DNA from: Bacteroidales bacterium
Lineage (GTDB): Bacteria > Bacteroidota > Bacteroidia > Bacteroidales > DTGW01
Direction: 5' to 3'
Assembly (NCBI GenBank): GCA_035374585.1
Contig: DAOSPF010000004.1
Span: forward strand, 5,866-69,865
Length of the DNA stretch: 64,000 bases
Part shown: one piece after another, positions 27,378 to 36,521 of the stretch
How positions within the stretch are numbered: position 1 is the stretch's first letter
How the letters are laid out: each line of letters begins with the position of its first letter
Program-made: the position numbers and the translations under genes
The notes under the pieces: model-generated
What the model was told of the DNA's origin: nothing
The model's input: only the letters and a program-made list of their open reading frames with translations
Database searches by the model: none

Positions 27378-28142
27378 TTATTCTATTTCCTTACTTTTTC
27401 TTAAAAAAAACTGCCCGACTTTTGAGAAGTTTTTCATAAATAAAGTAAAGCATCCGCCAACCTTATTACGTTTCATGATGTGATAATCTTCTGTGCTTTT
27501 TCTGATAATATTTTTCAGGCTTCGGTTACTTGCTCCTCCAACTTTCATGCGGGTTATAATTTGAGGATAATAGTAAATCCTTATACCTGGAAGTAATAAC
27601 GTACGCAACATCAAATCATAATCCGATGCAATGCGATATTGCAAATTGTAATTCCCGATACGGGCAAATATTTCGCGTTTTACAAAGAAGGTAGGATGAG
27701 GGGGCATCCAACCACGCGAAAGCATTTTTCTGTCAAAAGGCAAACTTTTCCAATCCCGGATTATCTTGCCTTCAAAACTCACATACAACAGGTTGCCATA
27801 CAATACATCGCATTGCTCTTTTTCAAAAGCATTGGCAACGTCTGCAAGCACCTCATTGTTGTCAAAAGTATCATCGGCATGTAAAATTCCAATCACATCA
27901 CCGGTTGCCTTAGATATACCTTTGTTTAACGCATCATATATACCTTTGTCAGGTTCTGATATATAAACAGCAATTTTATCGAGGTGTCTCTCTGTAATAT
28001 CTTTTGAACTATCAGTTGAACCGCCATCTATAACAATATGCTCAATGTTAGTGTAGGTTTGAAGGGCTATAGAATTGAGCGCCTCCTCTAAAGTTTTTTC
28101 GCTATTATAAACAGCAGTGATTATGCTTATTTTAACCGGCAT
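27378..28142 (-). CDS. Family 2 glycosyltransferase
   Basis: ISIITAVYNSEKTLEEALNSIALQTYTNIEHIVIDGGSTD…HADD. Its ATG overlaps the upstream gene's TGA by 1 nt (TGATG). Confidence 0.9.
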   Translation of the reverse strand: MPVKISIITAVYNSEKTLEEALNSIALQTYTNIEHIVIDGGSTDSSKDITERHLDKIAVYISEPDKGIYDALNKGISKATGDVIGILHADDTFDNNEVLADVANAFEKEQCDVLYGNLLYVSFEGKIIRDWKSLPFDRKMLSRGWMPPHPTFFVKREIFARIGNYNLQYRIASDYDLMLRTLLLPGIRIYYYPQIITRMKVGGASNRSLKNIIRKSTEDYHIMKRNKVGGCFTLFMKNFSKVGQFFLRKSKEIE

Positions 28143-28687
28143 CAGATTCTGTTTTTAATTTTCACAGCTGGATTACCTGAATGGATAGAATATGGTTCAA
28201 GATTTTTAGTTGCTATCGAACCAACAGTAAGGACTGCATGACTTGCTACATGAACCCCGGGACATACAACGGCTTTTGCTCCTATCCATGCACCATCTTC
28301 AATATTTATAGGGGCTATCATTAGGTCAAAGGTTTCTTTTTTGTAGTTATGATTGCCGCAAAGCAATAATGCTCCTTGCGAAATACAAACATTTTTGCCA
28401 AGGTTTACCTGGTCGAGGTTATCAATCCAGGCATTTTCACCAACCCAGGTGTAATCACCAATGCTAAGCCGCCAGGGATATTTGATATTCACACGGGGCT
28501 TAATGCAAACCCCTTTTCCAACCTTGGCCCCAAAAAGCCTCAAGATAGCATTTTTAATACTGTAAGGGAGTGTAATAAAAGAGCAGAAAAAAACTGCATT
28601 TACAATATACCACAAGGCTATTACCAGTTTATTCCGTCCCGGATGATACCAGCTATTGTTATATTTATCAAGTCGGGTATGAAACAT
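28142..28687 (-). CDS. Hexapeptide-repeat O-acetyltransferase (WcaF-like)
   Basis: 181 aa with an N-terminal TM segment and left-handed beta-helix repeats (…IGDYTWVGENAWIDN…VCISQGALL…GAWIGAKAVVCPGVHVASHAVLTVGSIA). Confidence 0.8.
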   Translation of the reverse strand: MFHTRLDKYNNSWYHPGRNKLVIALWYIVNAVFFCSFITLPYSIKNAILRLFGAKVGKGVCIKPRVNIKYPWRLSIGDYTWVGENAWIDNLDQVNLGKNVCISQGALLLCGNHNYKKETFDLMIAPINIEDGAWIGAKAVVCPGVHVASHAVLTVGSIATKNLEPYSIHSGNPAVKIKNRI

Positions 28688-28694
28688 CGATGCT

Positions 28695-31019
28695 TTATTT
28701 GTTGATAAAGTTATTTAAAGTGCCTAATAAAACGTCTATTTGAATAGGCTTAGTAATATATCCGTCACAGCCAGCTTCTATAGCTTTTTCCATTTCATCG
28801 GCCATGGCAAATGCCGTCTGGGCAATTACCGGTAATTCGGGCCTAAGGCTTTTAATTTCTTTCATAGCTGTGTAACCGTCTTTAACAGGCATTTTACAAT
28901 CTATCAGAACGATAGCAATGTTGGCATTATTACGCACAGCATCTACAGCTTCTTGACCATTCTTGGCCCAAATGATATTTTCTGTCAATCCGTTCAGGAT
29001 ATATGACAAGTACAAATAATTATAATCCTCATCTTCAGCAATCAGAATGACTTTATCTTTGGGAAAAGCTATGTTTGTAATGTTTAAGTTATGTATAGAA
29101 TTAGGAAGAGGTTTTTCGCTTGATTTGCCAGCAAAATATGGTATATTAAAGTAAAAACAAGCACCTTGTCCGGGTTCTGAATCAACCCACATAGAACCAC
29201 CTAATAAACGTGTAAGGTTTGAAGATATTGCCAGCCCAAGCCCGGTTCCTTTTTGGTTGATAAAAAAGTTGCTATCTATCACCTGCCCAAAACGCTCGAA
29301 AATAATTTTCTGTTTATCTTTTGGAATGCCAATACCTGTATCTTTTACATGAAACTGAATAGTTTTGTTTTCAAGAAATTCATAACCAAACTCAATAGAC
29401 CCCTTGAAAGTAAATTTTAAGGCATTGCCTATCAGGTTAGAAATAATCTGGCGCAGGCGGAAAGGGTCTGTTACAATATTGCAATCTTCATTGGGCAGGC
29501 TTTTGGTACAAATAAGCTTTATTTCGTTTTTATTTTCTTTAATGCGGCTGGCCTCAAATGACTCAAATATTTCATCCATCAGGTTATTGAGGTTGCAATC
29601 CAACATCCTGATTTTAATCTGTCCGGCTTCAATCTTAGAAATATCAATAATATCGTCAATAAGATTGAGTAAAGTATTGCCACAGCTTGTAATATGGTTC
29701 AAAAACTCTTCTCGTTCAATATCGGTGAGGTCAGGGTTGCGCAGCAAATTAGAAAAACCAATGATCCCGTTCATTGGGGTACGTATTTCGTGGCTCATAT
29801 TGGCCAAAAAAGCAGTTTTCAGCATATCTGACTCTTCGGCCTTTTCTTTTGCTTTCCGAAGTCGCTCTTCGGCAAGCCTTTTCTCTGTAATATCAATAGA
29901 CATACCTACTATACCGATGATGTTTCCTTCGCGGTCTTTTACCGGAATTTTGGTAGCTTCTACCCAAATGGTATTGTTTTCAGCGTCTTTTAACAGCTCA
30001 AGTTTGCTAATCATGGGTTTGCCAGAGTTCAACAACTCCTGCTCGTCCTGAAAAGCTGTTTCTGCTACTGTTTGTGGGAAAAAGTCAAAGTCAGTTTTCC
30101 CAATGGCTTCATTTGCATCCTCAACACCCAAAAGTTTTGCCTGCGCTTTGTTTATTTTGGTAAAATGCCCCTGGGGATCTTTGAGATATATGGTGTAAGG
30201 GATGTTGTCCATCAATACCTGCAAGAAATTTCGTTCTTGCTCAAGCATCGAATTGACTTTTCGCTTTTCTGAAATATCGCGTGAAATACCTATCAATCCT
30301 TCAATCTTGCCATTTTCGTTAAAAATTGGGCTTTTTGAAGTAGAATACCAACGGCTTGTACCATCTGGCTGTGTAAGCAATTCTTCCTTACCTAATATAG
30401 ACTGCCCTGTTTCAATGACTTTTTTATCGTCAATGTCTTGTTCTTTGGCATAAGCCTCAGAATAAAAATCTGCATCTGTTTTTCCGTGGGCCATTTGAGT
30501 CTCATCAAGCCCCATATTAAGAGCTTTTGCCTTGTTTATACGAACATATCTCCCTGAGGTGTCTTTAAAATAAATTAAATCAGGGCTATTGTCCATCAAA
30601 GAGTGCATCAGGTCACGTTCATGTTTGAGCGAGTTGAGCGTTTCTATATTATCGCTGATATTTCGCTCAAAGCCAAAGGTGCCAATAACTTCTCCTTCTG
30701 AGTTGATGATAGGCGATTTGACCGTTGCATACCAGCCATTCTCTCTTCGGGTTTGAAAATGTATAGTTTGTTTTTTTTCAATAACCTTTAAGTCTTCCTG
30801 GTGAAAAGTATTTGCAATTTCGTATGGTAAAAAGTCAAATACGGTTTTGCCCACCATATTTGCTTTTGAAATACCTGCTATATCCTCATAAATGGTATTA
30901 GCATAGATGAACTTGCCATCTTTATCTTTGAGCCATGCCGCAAATGGAATACTATCGAGTATTGCATTACGTTCGACCAGTAGCCTGGTATTTTCGTCGT
31001 TAGTGTTGTGTGATTGCAT
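28695..31019 (-). CDS. Multi-PAS hybrid sensor histidine kinase with C-terminal receiver domain
   Basis: 774 aa. About four PAS repeats, H-box MSHEIRTPMNGI, HATPase motifs (…DTGIGIP…GTGLGLAIS…), and a receiver domain (ILIAEDEDYN…VLIDCKMPVKDGY…). No TM segment is evident, so it is probably cytoplasmic. Confidence 0.9.
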   Translation of the reverse strand: MQSHNTNDENTRLLVERNAILDSIPFAAWLKDKDGKFIYANTIYEDIAGISKANMVGKTVFDFLPYEIANTFHQEDLKVIEKKQTIHFQTRRENGWYATVKSPIINSEGEVIGTFGFERNISDNIETLNSLKHERDLMHSLMDNSPDLIYFKDTSGRYVRINKAKALNMGLDETQMAHGKTDADFYSEAYAKEQDIDDKKVIETGQSILGKEELLTQPDGTSRWYSTSKSPIFNENGKIEGLIGISRDISEKRKVNSMLEQERNFLQVLMDNIPYTIYLKDPQGHFTKINKAQAKLLGVEDANEAIGKTDFDFFPQTVAETAFQDEQELLNSGKPMISKLELLKDAENNTIWVEATKIPVKDREGNIIGIVGMSIDITEKRLAEERLRKAKEKAEESDMLKTAFLANMSHEIRTPMNGIIGFSNLLRNPDLTDIEREEFLNHITSCGNTLLNLIDDIIDISKIEAGQIKIRMLDCNLNNLMDEIFESFEASRIKENKNEIKLICTKSLPNEDCNIVTDPFRLRQIISNLIGNALKFTFKGSIEFGYEFLENKTIQFHVKDTGIGIPKDKQKIIFERFGQVIDSNFFINQKGTGLGLAISSNLTRLLGGSMWVDSEPGQGACFYFNIPYFAGKSSEKPLPNSIHNLNITNIAFPKDKVILIAEDEDYNYLYLSYILNGLTENIIWAKNGQEAVDAVRNNANIAIVLIDCKMPVKDGYTAMKEIKSLRPELPVIAQTAFAMADEMEKAIEAGCDGYITKPIQIDVLLGTLNNFINK

Positions 31020-31084
31020 AGTTAATGCAAAACGTTACAGATTTGAAATCCGCCTTAAAGATATAATTTATGTAGTTTAATAAC

Positions 31085-31138
31085 CAAAAAGAAAAAGAAA
31101 AAGTGCTGTTAATAGCATTTAAACTATTTAACAGCACT
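31085..31138 (-). terminator. Intrinsic terminator downstream of the ROK kinase gene
   Basis: AGTGCTGTTAA (31102-31112) / TTAACAGCACT (31128-31138) is a perfect 11-bp stem. On the minus strand it is followed by TTTTTCTTTTTCTTTTT. Confidence 0.75.
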
Positions 31139-31181
31139 CTACAACTATTTAACGTTTATAATAGTAAAAACCATCCATAGG

Positions 31182-32150
31182 TCAATTTTGTTCAATTTCT
31201 TTCCAAATAAGAGCGCCAGCCCCTAAAATTGCTGCATTAATTTCTCCCATTTCAGAAAGCAACACTTTTATTTTATTCCGGTAGATGGGCAGCAAATGTT
31301 TCTCAAGGCTTTGTTGGGTAGGTTTAAGAATCAAATCTCCTGCCTTGGCAAGCCCTCCAAAAAGGAATATTGCTTCTGGGCTTGTATGTGCAACCGAATC
31401 AGCAAGTTTTTGGCCTAAAAGTTCTCCGGTATATTCAAAAGCTTCTTTGGCAATAACATCACCTTTAGTAGCTGCTTCTGCAATTTTATCTGATGTAAGC
31501 TCATTAAAACTGATGTCGCGCAAAGGGCTATTCTCCATACTTTCAGATAGTATTTCAAAAACTGTACGCCTGATACCTGTAGCCGAAGCATAAGTTTCAA
31601 GGCATCCGCGACGCCCACAGCCACACTGGCGTCCATTATGACGGACTATAGTGTGCCCAAGCTCTCCGGCAAAGCCATCATGGCCGTATATAAGCTTCCC
31701 GTTACTTACCAAACCACTTCCTAATCCGGTCCCAAGAGTTATGACAATGAAATCTTTCATAAAACGGGCACCGCCATACACCATCTCTCCAATGGCTGCA
31801 GCGTTTGCATCATTTGTAAGGGCAACAGGTACCTCAAAATGAGATTTGAAAAGCTTTGCCAAAGGAACAATGCCTTTCCATTTAAGGTTAGCGGCATGTT
31901 CAATAGTGCCTTTGTAATAATTGCCATTGGGCACACCAATTCCAATGCCTTTCAATTGCAGGTCTGGCTGAGACGTAAGGTTTTCTTTGATTAATTTTGA
32001 AAGTTCATTAACAAAGTTCTCTATATTTCGGTCAGAATTGGTCGGGACGCTGCCTTCGCAATAGCAGTTCCCTTTTTTATCCACTAAGCCAAACTTAGTA
32101 TTGGTTCCGCCTATGTCAATCCCGGCAACGACTTCAATTATATTTTCCAT
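31182..32150 (-). CDS. ROK-family sugar kinase (probable glucokinase)
   Basis: AGIDIGGTNTKFGLVD N-terminal ATP motif and the ROK Zn-site …GELGHTIV…GRQCGCGRRGCLETYAS. Confidence 0.85.
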   Translation of the reverse strand: MENIIEVVAGIDIGGTNTKFGLVDKKGNCYCEGSVPTNSDRNIENFVNELSKLIKENLTSQPDLQLKGIGIGVPNGNYYKGTIEHAANLKWKGIVPLAKLFKSHFEVPVALTNDANAAAIGEMVYGGARFMKDFIVITLGTGLGSGLVSNGKLIYGHDGFAGELGHTIVRHNGRQCGCGRRGCLETYASATGIRRTVFEILSESMENSPLRDISFNELTSDKIAEAATKGDVIAKEAFEYTGELLGQKLADSVAHTSPEAIFLFGGLAKAGDLILKPTQQSLEKHLLPIYRNKIKVLLSEMGEINAAILGAGALIWKEIEQN

Positions 32151-32303
32151 TATTATTTTTTTTAAGAGGTTGATTGTTTGTGGTGGGCAAAATTATAATT
32201 TTAAAATCATTCGACCATAGTTTTTTACTCATGTAGTATTTAAATCGTGTGTGAGATAAAGATCTAAAAATCAGGATAATCAGCATGGTTTTAGACAAAG
32301 CTG

Positions 32304-33854
32304 CTAAAAATCATAATACTTATTTATCAGGTTTGTTTTAAAAGTGAAGTAGAAAAACAGGTTGCTTCGGTTTTGGTAGCTTGCCTCTCTTTTCATAATA
32401 CCCAACTCCAAACGCCTGTTTGTATAAGGATTTAACACATACGATAGAGAAAGTGTAAAGTATTTCAAATCATTATAAGCACTTTGTCCCGGCAACACTT
32501 TTATTTCCTTTTCTCCATAATTTTTATTGCCATAAGAACCCCAATTATATAGAGCATTGACAAATATTCTTTTATGTCGATAAGCCGCAATAATAATGTT
32601 TTCAGAAAAATTATTACCCCAAGCATGTGCTAAAGACTGCATGTGATGGGTATAATTCAACAAGGTATCTTCGTTTAGCCCCAATTTATTACCAGCTTTG
32701 TTATGCTCATATTGCAATACAAGATTTCTTAGGGTAAAAGCATTGTAATATTTTACACCACCCTGCCATCCGGTATTTGCAGCCTTAAACCCATTATCCT
32801 TAATATTGCTGGCCGCTAATTGACCGTAGCATGTTAATGTATTAAAAATATTGACTTTCATGTCAAATGTCAATAATGAACTGCTTTTTTCATTCTGAGA
32901 GGCTGTATTTACAAACATTACAGGATTGACAGCTTCCCAGGCGAAGTCTATATTTGACCTTTTATTTGGGTAATGATATATGTTGTATTCAAAAACAGAC
33001 AAATGAATATCTTGCGAGGCAAGAAAAGACAATATATGCATTGAAGATAACTTTCTTTCCCATACACCAAACGAAGTTTTAGGAATAGAGTCGCCCATAA
33101 GCACCAATAATGATTGGGTATATTTAAATTTCCCTACTGACAGAGTATATAATGCATAAGGATAATTAAAAGCATTATCGGTCAACAACAACGAGCGATA
33201 GCCATTTCCAACGAACATTTTGTCTGTACCAATAGAAAACAAAAGCTTTTTCGAAACAAACCATGCAATCCTCCCTGAAGCCAAGCCATAATCAAAGCCA
33301 GTATCATATTTTCTTGCCCTTCCTTGACCGGATACAGCATTAGTAGCTTTAAAACGTTCATACAAATAAGGTAAAAATGTAGCCTGGCTTTCATAAACGT
33401 TTGCCTCGAAAAAAAGGCTACTATTGACATTGCCCCAAACCCTTACCCCTCTGGTGTTTGTTGTATAGTTTTCATTTGTATTTATTTCACGGCTTAATGC
33501 AAAATCAAATAAGGGGTCAGCATATATTTTAACTCCGACAGTATCATATTTGACAATACTTTCATCAAACAACTTCTTCCCTGCATAGCGTTTATGAGGC
33601 TTTGCATCATAACCAGAAAAGAGTACCTTTTCATCAATATCTTTTTTGCAAGTGTCAAAAACAAAAGGCCTGATGAAGGTATAGCTTGTTTGGTTATTAC
33701 TTACCGCACCATTCTCATAACTGAGCCAATAATCATTATTAAGGGGCAATACAGCCTGGCCTTGCATGTCAATATTCTGGCAGCATACTCCCAACATTAG
33801 CAATGCCCTTGACATCAAACGACAAAAGATTCTATGTTTTACTAATTTAATCAT
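32304..33854 (-). CDS. Outer-membrane beta-barrel protein, Wzi/RemB-like (paralogue 2 of a tandem pair)
   Basis: 516 aa. Shares the MFVGNGYRSLLLTDNAFNYPYA core with the upstream paralogue and ends in an aromatic terminus …INKYYDF. The Wzi (capsule assembly) or RemB family assignment is from memory of the GxGxRSLLLSDNA motif. Confidence 0.5.
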   Translation of the reverse strand: MIKLVKHRIFCRLMSRALLMLGVCCQNIDMQGQAVLPLNNDYWLSYENGAVSNNQTSYTFIRPFVFDTCKKDIDEKVLFSGYDAKPHKRYAGKKLFDESIVKYDTVGVKIYADPLFDFALSREINTNENYTTNTRGVRVWGNVNSSLFFEANVYESQATFLPYLYERFKATNAVSGQGRARKYDTGFDYGLASGRIAWFVSKKLLFSIGTDKMFVGNGYRSLLLTDNAFNYPYALYTLSVGKFKYTQSLLVLMGDSIPKTSFGVWERKLSSMHILSFLASQDIHLSVFEYNIYHYPNKRSNIDFAWEAVNPVMFVNTASQNEKSSSLLTFDMKVNIFNTLTCYGQLAASNIKDNGFKAANTGWQGGVKYYNAFTLRNLVLQYEHNKAGNKLGLNEDTLLNYTHHMQSLAHAWGNNFSENIIIAAYRHKRIFVNALYNWGSYGNKNYGEKEIKVLPGQSAYNDLKYFTLSLSYVLNPYTNRRLELGIMKREASYQNRSNLFFYFTFKTNLINKYYDF

Positions 33855-35359
33855 GGCAAAACAATATCCCTTTCGTTATTAAATATGGCAGTACTTAAAC
33901 CAATGTTAAAAAATACATCTTTGGAGGAAAATGATCCTTTGCTGTATATACCCATAACAGAGTATAAAGAAAAATGCTTGTTTTTATCTAACCATTTACC
34001 AAACCTTAGCTCTGACCACTTCAATATTTCTTTTTGCCCCTGCCAAAGCTTTACATTATAATCATTTTTTCTATTACGCAGATTGTATGACTTATAAATA
34101 TCTTGGCCCAAATTAACAATAGATGTATCAAGACCGACTTTTGCTAAAACAATTTTAGTCATCATATACCACGAATGATTTGAATACCTGAAGATGCCAA
34201 CACCTTCGGCGAAGTTTGCCCCCAAAGGATGGGCAAGAGAACCATATAATGTCCCGTAATTCAATGTTGTTGAGGTATGCGAATAGGTGTAAGGTCTGGC
34301 CATATTAATTTCTGTCAATAAAGAAACTTGATGTTCTCCATAAGCCTTGCTAGTCCTGAAACCAAACTGCATTGCATATTTGTTGCCCCACCAGCCTGAG
34401 TTTTTGAGCAATTCTTTTACCATCAAATCGTCAAGGTAAAGTTGTCCGTACAGATAACTTCTTTTACCTAACCTTAATGATGCATTGCCTCCAATATTGG
34501 CATTATCCGGCGAATGGATGGAATATTCAATTGGCCTGAAAAAGATTACAGGGTTCAAATAAGCCGGGTCAATCCCGCGAACTGTATTGGCATCACTTCC
34601 CCACCAAATAACCGACTCGTAAAACCCGATACTCAACCTCCTGGTAAGGTTTATGTCCAAATAATGAAAAACGCCATATTTATCTGTAAAACCATTGTCG
34701 CTAATGTCATTCAAATAAGCCCACATGATAAAATAGTTCACGCGCCACGATTGAAAGTTGATTTTCACAAATGGGTATGGTGCCGAATTCTCAGACAGAA
34801 GTACTGAACGATAGCCATTACCCACAAAATTTCTATCGTATCCGGCCTGAAACAAAAAATGGTTACCGGGTTTGTAGTTTATACTCCCTGTTATTGCCGG
34901 GAAAAAATAAATTTTTTCGCTTTGTGAAAACCATTTTCCGCAGTATGGCAATACTTTAAGCGTGTCAAAACCATTTGTGCCTTTTTCAAAATATTGCCCC
35001 CCCGCCATAATGCTGGCTTTAATAGAAAATTTACCAGATGGTTTATACCTTATAGAAGCTCCTTCGACAAAAAGCATTTGTTTCCCAAAGTCTCCAGAAT
35101 ATCTGAATCCAGTTTCTGTTTCAGGGCGGATTGAAATCTTCCCGGTTGACGTTATGAAACTGTTTTGAACTACAGAAGTATCAAATCTTTCATCAGAATA
35201 AACCCACGGTTTAACGGAAGTGTGAAAATCAGAATCGACAAACAACGCATTTTCAGCATATAAATATAAAACAGAATTAACAGGAATTGTACTTCCCTGA
35301 CCAGAAAGGGCTTGTATCAGGATAAGAACGTATAATATTAAAAATACAAATCCTTTCAC
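33851..35359 (-). CDS. Outer-membrane beta-barrel protein, Wzi/RemB-like (paralogue 1)
   Basis: 502 aa with a signal peptide and the motif NFVGNGYRSVLLSENSAPYPF. Its stop overlaps the downstream paralogue's start by 4 nt (ATGA). Confidence 0.5.
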   Translation of the reverse strand: MKGFVFLILYVLILIQALSGQGSTIPVNSVLYLYAENALFVDSDFHTSVKPWVYSDERFDTSVVQNSFITSTGKISIRPETETGFRYSGDFGKQMLFVEGASIRYKPSGKFSIKASIMAGGQYFEKGTNGFDTLKVLPYCGKWFSQSEKIYFFPAITGSINYKPGNHFLFQAGYDRNFVGNGYRSVLLSENSAPYPFVKINFQSWRVNYFIMWAYLNDISDNGFTDKYGVFHYLDINLTRRLSIGFYESVIWWGSDANTVRGIDPAYLNPVIFFRPIEYSIHSPDNANIGGNASLRLGKRSYLYGQLYLDDLMVKELLKNSGWWGNKYAMQFGFRTSKAYGEHQVSLLTEINMARPYTYSHTSTTLNYGTLYGSLAHPLGANFAEGVGIFRYSNHSWYMMTKIVLAKVGLDTSIVNLGQDIYKSYNLRNRKNDYNVKLWQGQKEILKWSELRFGKWLDKNKHFSLYSVMGIYSKGSFSSKDVFFNIGLSTAIFNNERDIVLP

Positions 35360-35363
35360 ATGC

Positions 35364-36443
35364 TCAATGTATATTTTTCAGCCTTCTTTGTCTGATAAAA
35401 AAGATGGTTTCAGGCATAACAGAAAACACCAAAGCCATAATAACTATTAACAATAAGAGGTCTATCATTCCCCAATCATTTAAAAGGAATACAGTAATGA
35501 TGATAATCAGGTTAGCCCCAAGGATTAACAATGTTGACTTCAAATGCGTAAGGCCAATAAATAACAACTTATGATGAACGTGGTTCCTGTCTGCACGGAA
35601 TGGCGAATGCCCTTTCAATATACGAATAATAAAGACCCTCATGGTATCAAACAATGGCACTATAAGTATGCCAAAAGCAACTGATGGCGCAGCATGGATA
35701 TAAAATGGGGTATTAACATCAATATTTACTTCGCAAAACTTAACGGCAAACACTGCCATAAAAAGACCTATCATCAGTGAGCCGGTATCGCCCATGAAAA
35801 TTTTGTTATTCCGCCCAAATACATTGAAATAAAAGAACGAAATAAGCGAACCAAAGACGGCAATAGCAACTATGGCATATTCATATTCTCCGCTAAGGAA
35901 AAACCAAGTCCCAAAAGCTACCGAAGCTAACACCCCAACTCCAGAAGCCAATCCGTCAATACCATCAATAAGGTTCACCCCGTTTATAATTACAATAAAC
36001 ACAAACAAGGTTAGTATAACGCTAAACCAGTAAGGAATAATCTGATAGCCCAGGAAACCATGTAAAGAGGTAAACCTAAAATCGCCCATGATAATAATTA
36101 TCAGCGAAGCTATGATTTGCCCCATCAGCTTTTTTGTCGGGGCTATTATCAGGATATCATCTTTTATCCCTATAAAAAATAAAATCACTGAAGCAATAAC
36201 AATGTATTGAAATTCAGGTACTATACTAAATCTGATAAACAACAGACCAGATATGATAATGCCTGCATAAATAGCAATACCACCTAAAGTAGGGACAATT
36301 TTTTTATGAGCTTTGCGTCTGCCTGGCTCATCGTTAAGGTTCTTAATCCTGGCTACATTAACAATAGTGGGTATAGATGTCATTACTATAACAATTGCAG
36401 TAATAAAAGCTAATACCAATGATAAAGGGTTTGAGAAATACAT
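35364..36443 (-). CDS. Undecaprenyl-phosphate sugar-1-phosphate transferase, MraY/WecA family (GT4)
   Basis: 359 aa with ~10 TM segments. Motifs …IKDDIL…, NLIDGIDGLA, MGDTGSL. Confidence 0.85.
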   Translation of the reverse strand: MYFSNPLSLVLAFITAIVIVMTSIPTIVNVARIKNLNDEPGRRKAHKKIVPTLGGIAIYAGIIISGLLFIRFSIVPEFQYIVIASVILFFIGIKDDILIIAPTKKLMGQIIASLIIIIMGDFRFTSLHGFLGYQIIPYWFSVILTLFVFIVIINGVNLIDGIDGLASGVGVLASVAFGTWFFLSGEYEYAIVAIAVFGSLISFFYFNVFGRNNKIFMGDTGSLMIGLFMAVFAVKFCEVNIDVNTPFYIHAAPSVAFGILIVPLFDTMRVFIIRILKGHSPFRADRNHVHHKLLFIGLTHLKSTLLILGANLIIIITVFLLNDWGMIDLLLLIVIMALVFSVMPETIFFIRQRRLKNIH

Positions 36444-36521
36444 TTCTTTAGGTTTTCTGTCAACAAAGTTAGATAAAAATAAATACTATTGGTTTATCAA
36501 CCCAATTATTTAATTTTTTCT

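Noticed and set aside
29404-30051. 215-aa plus-strand ORF, along with similar long antisense ORFs: 17522-18007, 55934-56461, 40717-41085, 6676-7032, 11615-11953 and 12995-13333
   Set aside because: All are fully embedded antisense to, or out of frame with, genes that have clear conserved motifs (histidine kinase, TonB receptor, holB, nrdJ and others). Their translations are low-complexity, Ser/Leu/Ile-rich, typical of shadow ORFs.
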